Shown here one piece after another: positions 24,871 through 39,789 of a DNA stretch of 64,000 bases. The stretch covers positions 57,412,001 through 57,476,000 of the forward strand of contig OX597820.1 of assembly GCA_951406725.2 (NCBI GenBank). Reading direction: 5' to 3'. Position numbers and translations under genes: made by a program. Within the stretch, counting starts at the first letter, position 1; each line of letters opens with the position of its first letter. The notes under the pieces are model-generated. The model was not told the origin of the DNA. It was given only the letters and a program-made list of their open reading frames with translations, and searched no databases. This DNA comes from Octopus vulgaris (taxonomy: Eukaryota).

Positions 24871-25514
24871 TGTATGTATGTATGTATGTATGTATGTATG
24901 TATATATGTATGTATGTATGTATGTATATATGTATGTATGTATGTATGTATGTAGGTAGGTAGGTATGTATGTATGTATGTATGTATGTGTGTCTATGTG
25001 TCGGTTTTTCTCTCCCCACCATTGCGTGACAACCATTTATGTTTATGTCCCCGTAATCTAGCGGTCCGGTAAAAGAGAGCGATATAATGAGTCATGGGGT
25101 CGATTTGTTTGGCTAAAAACCTTTTAAGGTGGTGCTCCAGCATGGCTGCAGTCAGATGACTGAAACAAGAATAGGAGTAAAGGAAAAGAATATTTCAGGC
25201 ATAAATTCCCATCATCAGGAACAAACTGTCAAGGGATGTTTGTCTGTACAGTACTGGCCTTTTTGGTACTACATAGGCTAATATTACTTGGCAAACTTTG
25301 ATGATGGGCCTTTGTGCCTGAACTAAACAAAAATTTATTAATTATTTTCTTTTTCTCATTGTAAGCGGCTATCTGCCTTCACTATTTTGTTAATTTACTT
25401 CTATGTGTATGTATATATGTGTGTGTGGAAGAGGTGTTATGTATTTAAAATGGGTCAACAATAAGTGAAGGTAATATTAATTGTTTAGATTAAATAGTAA
25501 TATTACAGTAATTT

Positions 25515-26424
25515 AAGGTGATGATATGGCAGAATCGTTAGCACGCCGTGCAAAATGCTTAGCAGTATTTCGTCTGTTTTTACGTTTTGAGTTCAAATTC
25601 CACCGAGGTTGACTTTGCCTTTCATCCTTTCGGGGTCGATTAAATAAGTACCAGTTACGCACTGGGGTTGATGTAATTGACTTAATCTCTTTGTCTATCC
25701 TTGTTTGTCCCCTCTATGTTTAGCAACTTGTGGCAATAAAGAAATAAGAATCGTTAGCTACGCCGGGCGAAATGGTTAGCTGCATTTTTGAGTCCAAAAT
25801 CTGCTGAGATCGACTTTGCCTTTCATGCCCCCGGGTGCAATAAAATAAGTACCAGTTCCCATGGAAGGGTTGGTTTATGCCAAAATTTGAAATCAATATT
25901 ATAATTTGCTGAACGTAATTACGTTCTGCGTTCAATTTCTGCCGAGTTCGACTTTACCTTTCTTCTATTGGGGTTGATATAATAAGTACCAGTTGAGCAT
26001 TAGGGCCGGTTCAGTCGACAAGCCCCTACACTTATTCATCCACGAAATATTTCAGGGCTGGTGCCTCTAATAGGAAGGAATATTAGTTTCAAATTTTGGT
26101 ACAAGGACAGCAATTTAGGGTCAGAGAGTAAGTCGATTACATCAACCCCAGTGAACAACTGGTACTTATTTTATCAAGATGGAAGGCAAAATAGAGTGTC
26201 AGATATAATGGCTGAAACACTTGTCGGAAGGGAGTTCTTCCTCTGAAGATCTCTCCTGCTGTACGCTCACCTTGCGGCGAGTCTCTGTCATTTCTTTTAT
26301 CACGCTCCGAAAGGATAAAAGGCAAGGTCGATTTTGGCTCATTTGAACTCAGAACATAAAGATGGATGAAATATCACTAAGTATTTTGCCTGACCTGCTG
26401 ACGTTTCTGCCACATCGCCGCCTT
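25515..26424. mobile_element. Cluster of SINE family C copies (Meta-domain-like centre)
   Basis: Repeated GAGTTCAAATTC..GTCGACTTTGCCTTTCATCCTTTCGGGGTCGAT..AAGTACCAG; three + units and one - unit. Other copies lie at 11900, 23345, 27515, 54600 and 56740. Confidence 0.82.
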
Positions 26425-26544
26425 AAATAGAAAGGAATATGATCGTTGTGTTACTTTATGAATTTGTGAATTTTGGGTTAGAGCTATCTTGTGAATTAAA
26501 AGGAGTTTAAGGAATTTATATGAAGTATTATTTTTTATTTATAC

Positions 26545-26836
26545 GCCCTTTTCAAGCCTAGTCAGGTTTATCAGCCCGGTTTCCCGGTTTCTGTGGCGTA
26601 TGTGTTCCCCCCAGCTGGACGAGACGCCAGTTCATCGCAGCGTTACTCAAGAAACAGAAAGAAAGAGTGAAAGTTGGGGCGAAAGAGTACAACAGGGGTC
26701 GCTACCACCCCCTGCCGGAGTCTTGTGGAACTTCTTTAGGTGCTTTCGCTCAATAAACACACACAACGCCGGTCTGGGAATCGAAACCGCGATCCTCCGA
26801 CCGCGAGTCCGCTGCCCTAGCCACTGGGCCATAGCC
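26545..26836 (-). mobile_element. tRNA-derived SINE (head A, tail Y)
   Basis: Homologous to 58545-58840 and 60862-61138. Confidence 0.88.
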
Positions 26837-27868
26837 CATATATGTAATATGCATGCGATTAATAAATGGGCATGGGTGGATGCATGATACCTGTGTTTTG
26901 TTTAATTGAAGGTGTGAGTTGATGGAAGGGCTGTAGTTTAATATTAAAATATTAAAATTGCCACCATCATGACTGTTTGTTTGCGGCAAATTAAGATTTC
27001 ATTAATAAACACTGACTGATTCTTAATGATGCTTAATTTAGGTTGTTGCACCAATGATTCTTAATTTAGATTGTTGCGCCCCTTGGCAACGACCTTAGCT
27101 CGTAAGAGGGTGGCAAATGTCAAGAATGTGTTATAGAGGATGCTGGATGTTTAGGAGAAGGTCGGGATTTTTCTTAGAATTAAATATTTAAACAGAGGGA
27201 AAATAGTAAAAATAGTGAAGACGGAGAGCTTCTTGTAATGCAGAAAAGGAATAAATTTAATTCAATTTAATTTAATTCGATTTAATAACTTCAAATTTAT
27301 TCTTTTCTCGCATTGCAAGAAGTTTCCATCTTCGCTATTTTTCTATTTTAATTCTTGAAAACAATAATTCGATCAAGCGACAACGCTCTTCTGTCAAAAC
27401 AGGCTCATTAGGGGACCAAATTAAATGCCTCGCAGTATATTTGTTCTGATTCACTGCGATCGGAGTTCAGTTCTCACTAATGTCAGTTTGTTTTTATCGT
27501 TTTGGGGTCAATAAAGGCGACGAACTGGTAGAATCATTAGCACACCGGGCAAAATGCTTAGCGGCATTTCGTTCGTCTTTAGGTTCTGCGTTCAAATTCA
27601 GCCGAGGTCGACATTGCATTTCATCCTTTCGGAGTCGATAAAATAAGTATCAGTTGAGCACTAGAGGCCGATGTAGTCCACTTACCCACTCCCCTGAAGT
27701 TGCTGGCCTTGTGTCAAAATTTGAAACCATTATTTTGGGGTCAATGAAAACGTACTTCTCCAGGCCGGTAGGCTGGCAGAATCGTTAAAGACAATGGATG
27801 TCCAAAATTTAACTCCCAAACTTCTTTAGAGATTTCCGTAAAAATTTAACACACACACACACACACAC

Positions 27869-28001
<133 letters not shown>

Positions 28002-28369
28002 GATGTATCAGTACCGGCAGATGACAACGTGTCTCTAAAAGAAATGGAGAAACTCTCAAAATACAAAGACCTGGAAATAGAGGTAACTAGAATGTGGAAT
28101 CTGAAAACAGAAACAATTCCTATCATAGTAGGTGCATTAGGCATGATAAAAAAATATTCAGACAAATACATAACAAAAACACCAGGACTTACAAACACAT
28201 ATAACATACAGAAAATTGCACTACTAGGCACTGCACACATCCTACGCAGAACACTTTCCATACAATAACCATCAGAGCATCACAACAAATCACAGCACAT
28301 ACCCAAGGCACACAGAGCTGCGCTCGGTAGTGAAGTGAAAGCACGCTATAAAAAATAAAAATAAAACTA

Positions 28370-28372
<3 letters not shown>
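28002..28372 (+). mobile_element. Dong/R4-like RLE LINE, 5'-truncated 3' end in (TAA)n
   Basis: DVSVPADDNVSLKEMEKLSKYKDL..IPIIVGALG..QKIALLGTAHILRRTL, 3' UTR, flanked by (TAA)n. Confidence 0.9.
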
Positions 28373-28409
<37 letters not shown>

Positions 28410-28410
<1 letters not shown>

Positions 28411-28893
28411 ATTGTTTTGTCTTGGTATAAAAGATGGGCTACAGCAAATATTCTGCTCAATACCACAGATTTGCTTGTCAGTTGTTTGACCTTAACCAGT
28501 TGAGCATGTCCCTTAGTGGCTGACGATATGTGCATCTCTGATCACGAGCAGAAGTAGTGGGGGAGCATCATAGCCATGTGTTGAGAGGGATTCTTTGGGG
28601 TTTGAATAATTCACCTCTGGAAACATGGGTGGTTCTTTCAACATCCTTAAACAACCCTTATTCAGGGACCTTTTGAGCGGGATGGGCTACTCAACCTGAA
28701 GAAAATTCTAACTGGGCCCTACCTGCAAGGTCATGTGCTGTTTATCTTGATATGAGATCACCATGTTGCGCACATATGGTTGTGATGCATGTGCCTGGTG
28801 TACCTTTATCAGACGGGTAGTCATGATGGGTATATTGGGCTTCGTATATTTTACCCCAGTGTCACTTTGATGGCATGCACTGCTCTCTCACTC
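28410..28893. mobile_element. ~480-bp non-coding unit flanked by (TAA)n between two Dong ends
   Basis: Sharp junctions with (AAT)n on both sides. The minus strand runs GAGTGAGAGAGCAG... to ...AAAACAATG. Confidence 0.6.
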
Positions 28894-28918
28894 AATAATA
28901 ATAATAATAATAATAATA

Positions 28919-29621
28919 CCAAAAACATGTAATGAAAAGAAATATTACAAGTAACTGCAGAATATGTGGAGATGGACAAGAAACAATAAATCATATTATC
29001 TCTAGCTGCCCAGTCCTGGCTAAGAAGGAATATATTCACAGACATGACAGAGTTGGAACCTACATACATTGGAAGCTATGCCAACATTATGGAATAACAA
29101 CAGAAAAAAGATGGTATAGGCACACACCAGAAAAGGTCACAGAAAACGAGAAAGCAACCATACTCTGGGATATGCCGATACACACAGATAGAGAAATTAA
29201 GGCCAACAGACCAGATATAGTTGTCAGAGATCATGAAGAAAAAAATGCTTTCTAATTGATGTATCAATACCGGCAGATGACAACGTGTCTCTAAAAGAAA
29301 TGGAGAAACTCTCAAAATACAAAGACCTGGAAATAAAGGTAACTAGAATGTGGAATCTGAAAACAGAAACAATTCCTATCATAGTAGGTGCATTAGGCAT
29401 GATAAAAAAATATTCAGACAAATACATAACAAAAACACCAGGACTTACAAACACATATAACATACAGAAAATTGCACTACTAGGCACTGCACACATCCTA
29501 CGCAGAACACTTTCCATACAATAACCATCAGAGCATCACAACAAATCACAGCACATACCCAAGGCACACAGAGCTGCGCTCGGTAGTGAAGTGAAAGCAC
29601 GCTATAAAAATAAAACTACTG
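28919..29621 (+). mobile_element. Dong/R4-like RLE LINE, 5'-truncated 3' end in (TAA)n
   Basis: CCHC knuckle CRICG..ETINHIISSC, RHDRV, ILWD..TD..NRPDIV..IDVSIP (PD..D endonuclease). One frameshift in an A-run near 29245. Confidence 0.93.
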
Positions 29622-31170
29622 ACTAATAATAATAATAATAATAAAGAAACGTCCTGGGGTCGCTTTGTTCGACTGAACCATTCTAAGTCGGTGCCCCAGC
29701 ATGGCCACTGTCCAGTAGATAAAAGATCACAAAATTACGGCAAAGAGATTGGTTTCTTGCGACAAGTAAAGAAGCTACTTCAAAAATCTCTATAAGAGAT
29801 GCAAGTAGTAACTCTACTGAATGGGAGTTGTTCGCTTCGTTGTTTGCAAATAACGAACACAGATATTGTGTCGTTAACCAGCTGAAGACGGTGTCCTCCT
29901 GAGGTTAAAAAGAGTAGTAAAATTGTTCTCTACGGAACAACCGTTACTTTTCAGATTAGTTTCAGTTTGATTAAAATAATCCATAATTTGGGGATGAGTG
30001 AGGTAGGACAAAACATGCGGAGCGGGTGTTTATAAGATGGCATTCATCGAAAGCGAGTTATTGAAAGTTATGAACAACCGATTTAGAAGGAGAATGTTAT
30101 TTTAAGGTTAGTCATGGGATAATGCTGTGTTGTTGAAGAATGGAAAAGAAACTGGAATCTTATTCGGGGCGACAGAGAGGCAGGAAAAGGTTCATGTATG
30201 TGTCCATATATGAGTGTATCTTTATGTTAAGGGATATGCATGTATATATGTGTGTGAATGAATAGTATCTATTTTTAAAAAGGAACATTGTAACATGCTG
30301 TTAAATAGAGAGGTGTGTGTATGTATGCTTATACGTACGTGGGTGCGTGTTTTAATTAAGGAAGAGATCTGGGTGTTTATGATAATGTTTAACTGGTAAA
30401 TTATTTATTTCATGCGATAATGGCAATTAATTGTAAATTCACAACGTGGGAATAGGTAGGCAAGTCTTTTATTTATTTATATATTATGTTGCAGTTGATA
30501 TTTAAGCGGGCGGAGTGAATGTGTTGTTTATATTTAAACGCTCTGGCTATTGTTAATTATAACGAACTTAGAGTAGATTAAATAAACACGCAAGAACGTG
30601 GATAAAAATCATTGTTTTAAACACGGTCGTCTGATCACTTCCTTGTAAAAGGAAGAAGAAGGCCAGCGAGGAAGGAATATTGTAGTGTATGTTTCCCTAA
30701 GATCTTATGGCTTCCTTTATATTCAATCCATTTTATGATTGTACTAACACAATCACGGGTGGCCAATTGGCAGAGCCTTTAGAACGCCGGATAGACTGTT
30801 GCACGTTTGACTCACATCGCTATGTGTTCAAATCCTATCGAGGACTTTTCGTCCTCCTAAAGGTTGATAAGTAGTAAGTTCGATTCGTCTAAATTTTCTT
30901 TCTTACTTTCTGTCTATCACTGGAAGAAATCGACTGTACTCAAACTTGGAGAGGATTAGGCTTGTTCTGATTTAACTAAGATACGCAGTATTTCCCGGTC
31001 GCACAATCATGATTCCATTCGATCAGAAGTTGAAAATCTAAAGCAAGATAATGCACTCAGCTTTTTACTGGCATCTGTAGAAGATGAAGTTTATTATTTA
31101 AAGATTAATGGAAGCTAATGGTGTAGTAAAAGTTTCAAAAGTGTCTAAGTTGAGTATCTAGATTCTTTTT

Positions 31171-31746
31171 TTATACTCTAGGTACAAGGCCCGGAATTTG
31201 GAGGCAGGGAACCAGTCGATTAGATCGACCTCACTACGCAACTGGTACTTAATTTATCGACCCCGAAAGGATGAAAAGCAAAGTCGACCTCGATGGAATT
31301 TGAACTCAGAACGTAAAGACAGACGAAATACCTATTTCTTTACTACCCACAAGGGGCTAAACAGAGCGGACAAACAAGGACAGACAAACGGATTAAATCG
31401 ATTATATCGACTCCAGTGTGTAACTGGTACTTATTTAATCGACCCCGAAAGGATGAAAGGCAAAGTCGACTTCGGCGGAATTTGAACTCAGAACGTAGCG
31501 GTAGACGAAATACCTATTTCTTTACAACTCACAAGGGGCTAAACACAGAGGAGACAAATAAGGACAGACAGACGGATTAAGTCGATTATATCGACCCCAG
31601 TGCGTAACTGGTATTTATTTAATCGACCCCGAAAGGATGAAAGGCAAAGTCGACCTCGGCAGAATTTGAACTCAGAACGTAGCGGCAGACGAAATACCGC
31701 TAAGCATTTCGCCAGGTGTGCTACCGATTCTGTCAGCTCGCCGCCT
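31171..31746 (-). mobile_element. Tandem trimer of SINE family C
   Basis: Three ~185-bp head-to-tail units, each with CGACCCCGAAAGGATGAAA(A/G)GCAAAGTCGAC. Confidence 0.88.
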
Positions 31747-32516
31747 TTGGGGGTCTGTATTGTTAGATGAAAATCAGTCTTTTGATGATTAATTGGAAAA
31801 GAAAATTAATTGTTTAGCTACATGATGGTGTAGATTAATATTTGGTTTCACAAGAAATAAATTTGTTAATGAAAAGGTGTTATTTTAATAATGCTTGCTC
31901 TGGCTTTGCATTTAGTTAAAATAAAAAATGATTTAGGGGCATACATAAACGTTTTATTTATATTTTTTTCGGTGAGAAAATTATCTAAATGTGTCTCTAT
32001 CTTTATCTTCTTATGTATGAAATGCTTCTTATAAAGAAGAGGATGATGCAATAAAGGATTAAGACATGAATCAAATCCATTAACGAAGAGCACTTATTTA
32101 CAATAACAGAGGGAGGAGGTCACAGCAAACCAAAAGTAAAAATTACGTGACTATAGAAAGAAAAGAAATGCTAAAGCCATCAAAATATGAAGTTGTGTAT
32201 ACTACGTCGTTGTTCACACATGTTTCTGTTTGCTTAGTAACGTATACAGCAAAGTTGTGTTATAGTTTTAGTTCTACAGTTACACTTGCCGTAATATGAT
32301 GGTATAAAAAATGCCCAAGCATATTAGACACACCCCAATATCGGCAGCACATATTCAGGTTGAAAAATGTTTTTAGTGCATTCAGGGACAAAATTAGCTA
32401 ACAGGAAGTTACACAGTGCATATGGGGACCAGGGTGACATTTCGAGACATATTTTGGAAAAGCAGGAGCATTTTGTCTACTATTAATACGGTGATAAAAG
32501 TCTGTAGATAAAGTTT

Positions 32517-32689
32517 GTAGGCAAAGGCGTGGCTGTGTGGTAAGAAGTTTATTTCCAAACCACACGTCCCGGATTCAGACCCACAGCCTGGCGCCTTGAG
32601 CAAGTGTCTTCTATTATAGTCTCGGGCCGACCAAACCCTTGGGAATAGATTTGGTTGACAGAAACTGAAAGAAGTTCGTCATGTATGTA

Positions 32690-32720
<31 letters not shown>

Positions 32721-33192
32721 TGCTATTATGTTAATTGTCGTATGTCCAAATTTGGAAAAATGCGTTTTTTTTTTCAATATTCATTTTTGATTGCAATACC
32801 TGGTTCTTTTGGTTAAACTGTCGTATCTCCAGCTGCTTTAGATGCCAAAATATCAAAATTTGTCGAAATGTAGTACAACGGTTTTGTTATCGAATGGTGA
32901 AACTATTTTTTCGCTTTCTGTAAAAGCAAAATTTTGAACTTACGACACATTTGCATAATAGCAACGATATATACATATGTGTGTGTGTTTGTTCCTCACC
33001 ACCGCTTAACCACCGGTGTTGGTTTTATTACGTCTCCATAATTAGCGGTTCGGTAAAGGAGGCAAATAGTATAAGTTCCAGGCTTTAAAAAAAAGGTACT
33101 GGTATCGATTCATTCGACTAAAAACTCTTCAAGGCGGTGCCACAGCATGGCCGCAGTCTAATGACTGAAACAAATAAATGATAAAAGATAAA

Positions 33193-33195
<3 letters not shown>
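32517..33195 (+). mobile_element. SINE B interrupted at its internal microsatellite
   Basis: 5' half at 32517-32680, 3' half at 32975-33195. Confidence 0.8.
32718..32966. mobile_element. ~250-bp MITE with ~38-bp imperfect TIRs
   Basis: CGTTGCTATTATG..TGTCGTA..CAAA / TTTG..TACGACA..CATAATAGCAACG. Confidence 0.8.
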
Positions 33196-33241
<46 letters not shown>

Positions 33242-33294
33242 TATATATATACATATATCGTGGCACTCCGTCGGTTACGACGACGAGGGTTACA

Positions 33295-33339
<45 letters not shown>

Positions 33340-33829
33340 TACATATAGCCATATTTGTTGTGACTTATCTTAAGTTCCATGGTACATAGCAAAATCATCT
33401 CCTAACCTCTACACGTCAAACTTGTACCATTAGCCGTCTGCATCGCGTGTCAAGGCCATGTTATTTAAAATCACATGCAGCGTTCAGTGCATTTAATTTC
33501 AAATCACATTTCCAGCACGCTTGGTCTAGCTAATCCATAACAAATTTAATTCTGTCATCCATCCAAAAGACGATACACAAATCATTACCCTGTTGTGACT
33601 GCAATTATTCTCTATTCATTGCCTGCTTACATCTGACATGCATCTGGACATCGGATGTACATGTAATATGCTTTGCAATTTCTTCATATTCATGGAGAAA
33701 TATCTGTCTCTACCCGAAAATGTCTAGTATCTCTAGAATGTAAAAAAAAGTAAAAGGTGAAGTAATACAAGCGGGTGCACACATACACACGCATGCTCAC
33801 AGAAGGATACACGCTATCTATCTATCCAA

Positions 33830-33905
<76 letters not shown>

Positions 33906-34185
33906 TCATACATACATTTTTATATCTCTTAGGCATAGCGATACTAAAACTAGATGTTATATACTTATGCTTTAAAATGAAACCTTTGGCGAGAACATGA
34001 TTCCGAGTTCAGTCCTACTGCGTGGCATCTTGGGCAATTGTCTTCCACTATAGCCTCAGGCAAAAGCATTGCTAGTGGACTTAGTAGACAGAAACTATTA
34101 GAAGCCCGTCGTATGTGTGTGTGTGTGTTTGTGTGCATGTGTGTGTATATCCAACCACGTGGTTTCACATACCAACTCTCACACC

Positions 34186-34226
<41 letters not shown>

Positions 34227-34349
34227 ATCCAAGGAAAAAACAATTTCCTTCAAAGAGATGGAAAACATCTAATTTTTATCGGTACTTCAGTCGAATACCA
34301 CAATATAGTAGAGAAAAAATCCGAACTTAAAATGGTATAATTTCAGTAT

Positions 34350-35587
34350 ATAAATATTAAAGGAAATAGAGAAATACAATTGACATATTAAAAATTTATT
34401 AACATTATAATATAATATAATATGATTATGCTATAAAATGATATGATATAATATAACAAATAAATTTATTAAATATACATCTCACAATTTGTTTCGAGAC
34501 ATATCCACTGATGAATTTATAAAAATTCACGTTTATGAATATGAGTCTCGTCAGGGTAATATTTGTCTAACAAATAGTCAAAAGTTTCATGCAAAGACTG
34601 CTAAATCATAAAATAGACTGATTTAAAATATAACTATGTTTACAAGCGTTAATAATTTAAAAATATAATAGATATAATAAAAACAAAACAAAATTCAAAT
34701 ATAGAAAATAAATTAAATAAACAAAACAATTACAACGGTCATAAAATGTTCATATGCATCTTTAACAATATTAATCTAAAATAATCACTGATCATTTTTA
34801 TTATATAATAAAATCCATATAATATTCTAAGAATTTATGGTGGAGTAGGAAATATATTTTATTTAAAATTTCTATATACTATGATGAAAAATAAATACGG
34901 ATATATTTTATCCAGATACTAAATTCATTAAAAAAGCATTTAATAAACGATTCATTAATTCAAGAGTTTCTTCTAAATACGCCAAAGTTAAACAAATGTA
35001 TAAAGATGCGATTATTATAAACTATACTATTTCTTACATAAAAACAATAATGATATATAGATAAATTATCAGAATTTTACTTAATTTTACAGAAGGAAAT
35101 AAATTAGAGTGAACCAATAGTTTTATGATTCTATAATTTTTATGTGCATACAAGTTCGAAAGAATATAATATGATACTAAATATCATTGGGTCTACAAGA
35201 AATATTCATATATGCATAATTATTAAATATATATATAATTATATTTAAAAATTATTTTAATCTATTTATGTGTGCTAATATAAACATTATTCTTAGTAAA
35301 TAACAAGTAAAAAACACAAATTTACTTAGTTTATCAGAGGAAAATACCACTGTAAATCAATGTTTATATAAGTATATATTCATTCGTGTATAAATATATA
35401 AACATGTAAAAATACATACGCAATGTTTATAATGAGTCGAAACAAATTGTAGGATACATATTGGTTTTAAACATTTGTTACATTATATTATATTATAGTA
35501 TATCATATTATATCCGTTTATAGTATAATTATATTATATTATAATGTTAATAAATTTTTAATATGTCAATTATATTTCTTTCTTTCC

Positions 35588-35597
<10 letters not shown>
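34350..35597. mobile_element. AT-rich relic bounded by inverted Penelope-type repeats (34350-34557 and 35432-35597)
   Basis: ATATTAAAGGAAA..AATTGACATATTAAAAATTTATTAACATTAT..ACAATTTGTTTCGA recurs inverted. Hammerhead parts are present in the arms. Confidence 0.65.
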
Positions 35598-35629
<32 letters not shown>

Positions 35630-35631
<2 letters not shown>

Positions 35632-35755
35632 TCTCCCTGTTTATTTCTGTGTTTCTTTCTGTCGAAGAGCGTAGGCTCGAAACGTAAAAGACTTTCTCAC
35701 TTCTCGAGCGTTAAACTAATGCATCTGTTTCTTGTTTACACAACCGTCTTCGTCT
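35630..35755 (+). repeat. Penelope-type terminal repeat (family H2) with hammerhead-like motif at 35654-35691
   Basis: TCTTT-CTGTCGAA-GAGC-GTAG-GCTC-GAAA-CG-TA-AAAGA. A degenerate copy lies at 36740-36925. Confidence 0.65.
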
Positions 35756-35759
35756 AAAA

Positions 35760-36520
35760 AAATGATGTTAGTTCGAGAATTAACGTAAATCCCTATGTGC
35801 GGATATTCTTGCACAAGTTCCCGCTGCAGCTGTTCTTCTGAGTACTGATGAGACTCACTTCCAAATCAATGGAAACATAAACAAGCAGAATTTTCGCAAT
35901 TGAGTTGAACATAAGTCTCATAAACTCCACGAAAGACCGTTTCATTCTCTTCGTGTAAATGTTTGGTGTGCAGTTGCCAATTTTGGAGTCATCGGCTCAT
36001 ACTGTTTTTAAAGAAGGTGTTGAAACAGTAACAGTTACCTCTGGCCTGTACATTGAAATGTTGAAGGATTTTTTGCACCCTAAACTGGACGGGTTGGATA
36101 CCGAACATCTATTGTTTCAACAGGACGGAGCCACGGCTCATACAACACGACGTTCGCTTGGAGAGTTAAAGGAAATGTTTCCTGGGCATTTGATTTCTTT
36201 GATGGAAGACGTGGGGTGGCCGGCAAGGTCACCAGATTTAAGCCATTGTGACGTTTCCCTCGAACTCTTGGGGATTTGAAAGTATTTGTGTGGAAATCAA
36301 TGCAATATCAACTGAAATAACATAGAGAGTCATGAAAAATTTCCGGGAACGACTGCATCAACCTATTACCAGCAACGACCGCCATTTGCCTAATATAGAT
36401 TTTAAAACCCAGCAAAATAAACTGTTTTTTATGAACTTTTCAAATACAATACATTTTTCCTGGATGGCTGTGTTCGCTTTTTATATTCATTCACAATGTG
36501 AGAGATTTTTATGCCCCACC

Positions 36521-36523
<3 letters not shown>
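35760..36523 (+). mobile_element. DD41D (rosa-type) mariner-like transposase 3' fragment
   Basis: TDETHFQING.INKQNFRN*; FQQDGATAHT..WPARSPDLSHCD with 41 residues between the two Ds; terminal TTTTATGCCCCACCCTG. Confidence 0.88.
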
Positions 36524-36595
<72 letters not shown>

Positions 36596-36666
36596 TCTTT
36601 ATTGGCCACACAGGGCTGCACACAGATGGGACAAGTTACAAGGTAGAGCTTTTGGGGATGAAAACA

Positions 36667-36740
<74 letters not shown>

Positions 36741-36992
36741 CGTTAGCACCTACACGCATTTTTTTCTTTCCTTGTTTTTTTTTCTGTGTATCTTTCTGTC
36801 GAAGAGCGTAGACTCAAAACGTAAAAGACTTTTTCTATTTCTATTCCTGAGCGCTATACTAATACATTCGTTTGTTTGTACTCCACCTAACTTCATCTTT
36901 TGTTTATTTTCGTAAACTTTCCCGTTATATATATACATAAATGTATAATGTCTATATATCTATATCTATCTATCTATCTATCTATCTATCTG

Positions 36993-37828
<836 letters not shown>

Positions 37829-37908
37829 TATATATATCATATTTTGTGAAATTTGATTTAGAATTGCTAAATTGAATTTTTCCCTGTAAGTTTTTAAATT
37901 ATATTCCC

Positions 37909-38007
<99 letters not shown>

Positions 38008-38925
38008 GTATTTGTTATACGACGGGGTTCCGCTCACAAGGCATTGGTTGGCGCAGGACTATAATAGAAGGCACCTGTCCAAGATGCCGGGCAGATGGGC
38101 TGCAACTGAAACCACACGGATGTGAAGCGAGCTTCTTAATTACACAGTCGTATCTATGTATGGATATATCTCCATTTCAATTTCTCATCCTTTCTTCTCT
38201 TCGTATATACATTCCTGTAGAATGAACGTGTATAAGATTATGTGCATGCTTGCGGAAGATTATTCAATGTCTGTATGCATATTTCTAACATATAATGTGT
38301 GTGCATATATGTCCCTATGAACATACATATATATATATATGTGTGTGTGTGTGAGTGGGTGTGTGTGTGTGTGCGAAAAGACTAAAAGTAAAAAGGGGGC
38401 AGGAAGAGATGTTTACTGAAAATATAGGGGAGTGTGTTGATAGTTTTACTGTATACTTATGCATGTGTGTATATATATATATATTTATTTATTTTATATA
38501 TTTTTATTTATATATATACATATATATATACATATATATATTTCCTTGTATTTATACAAATATATAAATGTATAGACATATATATAAGCTTTTACAAACA
38601 TATACATTCATATGTACAAACTTTACATACGTACGGACATACATACATACATAGATAGGTACATACTTATATACATAGACACCACGAGTATACATTGAAG
38701 CAGAGTTATTACGTGAGAACCAATCTTGCTTTTGAAGTGGGAAGAATTCATTGCCAGAACTGCAGTTAGCAATTTGATGTGCCTGGCAAAGTTATATGCT
38801 ACAAATTCTCTCATTATTTTTTTCCCTTAAGACATTTACAAAATCATCTTAGTTGAAATGAAATTTTGAAAATGGCAGAAAAACATCAATAGTACCAACA
38901 CCAAGAACAACAAAAAAATAATATA

Positions 38926-38987
<62 letters not shown>

Positions 38988-39399
38988 CAACAACAACAAA
39001 AACAACAACAACAACAATAATAATAGTGATGTAAACATTACATATGCACATATATACAGGCGACCACCTGCACAGCTAAAGCTATACATATATATACATA
39101 GATATATATGTGTGTGTCAAACAACACACGCACACGCATATATGTGTATATATATGTATGGCTGTCTACATTTGTTATATATGAATACACACACTCACAC
39201 GCACACACACACATGCGCACACACACGCACACATATGCGTATGTGAAATATGTGAAATATGTATATGTATATACGTTCACAAACATTTATACATATATGT
39301 TCTTATATGTCTATACATATATATTAATACGCATATATGCATACATATACACATACATATGTATATTATATACATTATATTATATATATATATATATAC

Positions 39400-39481
<82 letters not shown>

Positions 39482-39789
39482 GTGTGTGTGTAACTAATAG
39501 ATTTTCAAACTAATGAAAGAGTAAAATGCTACCTTTCACATTTCATCTTTGACCTCTGCTATTTAAAACAATATGGTGAAGAAATTTAGGAAATTTGCCA
39601 ATTTGCTGAAACGGATAAGAATTGCCAACTGTTTTATTCGCCTGGGGTATTATCACCTGGAGAAATTACATATATATATACATATTCATGAATGTATATA
39701 TATATTTGTATGTATGTATATATGTATATATGTATATATATATATATATATACACACATATATATGTGTATATATATGTGTGTATATAT

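Noticed and set aside
33340-33740. Possible RTE-like ORF2 relic on the minus strand
   Set aside because: Only vague resemblance; no ordered motifs I can defend.
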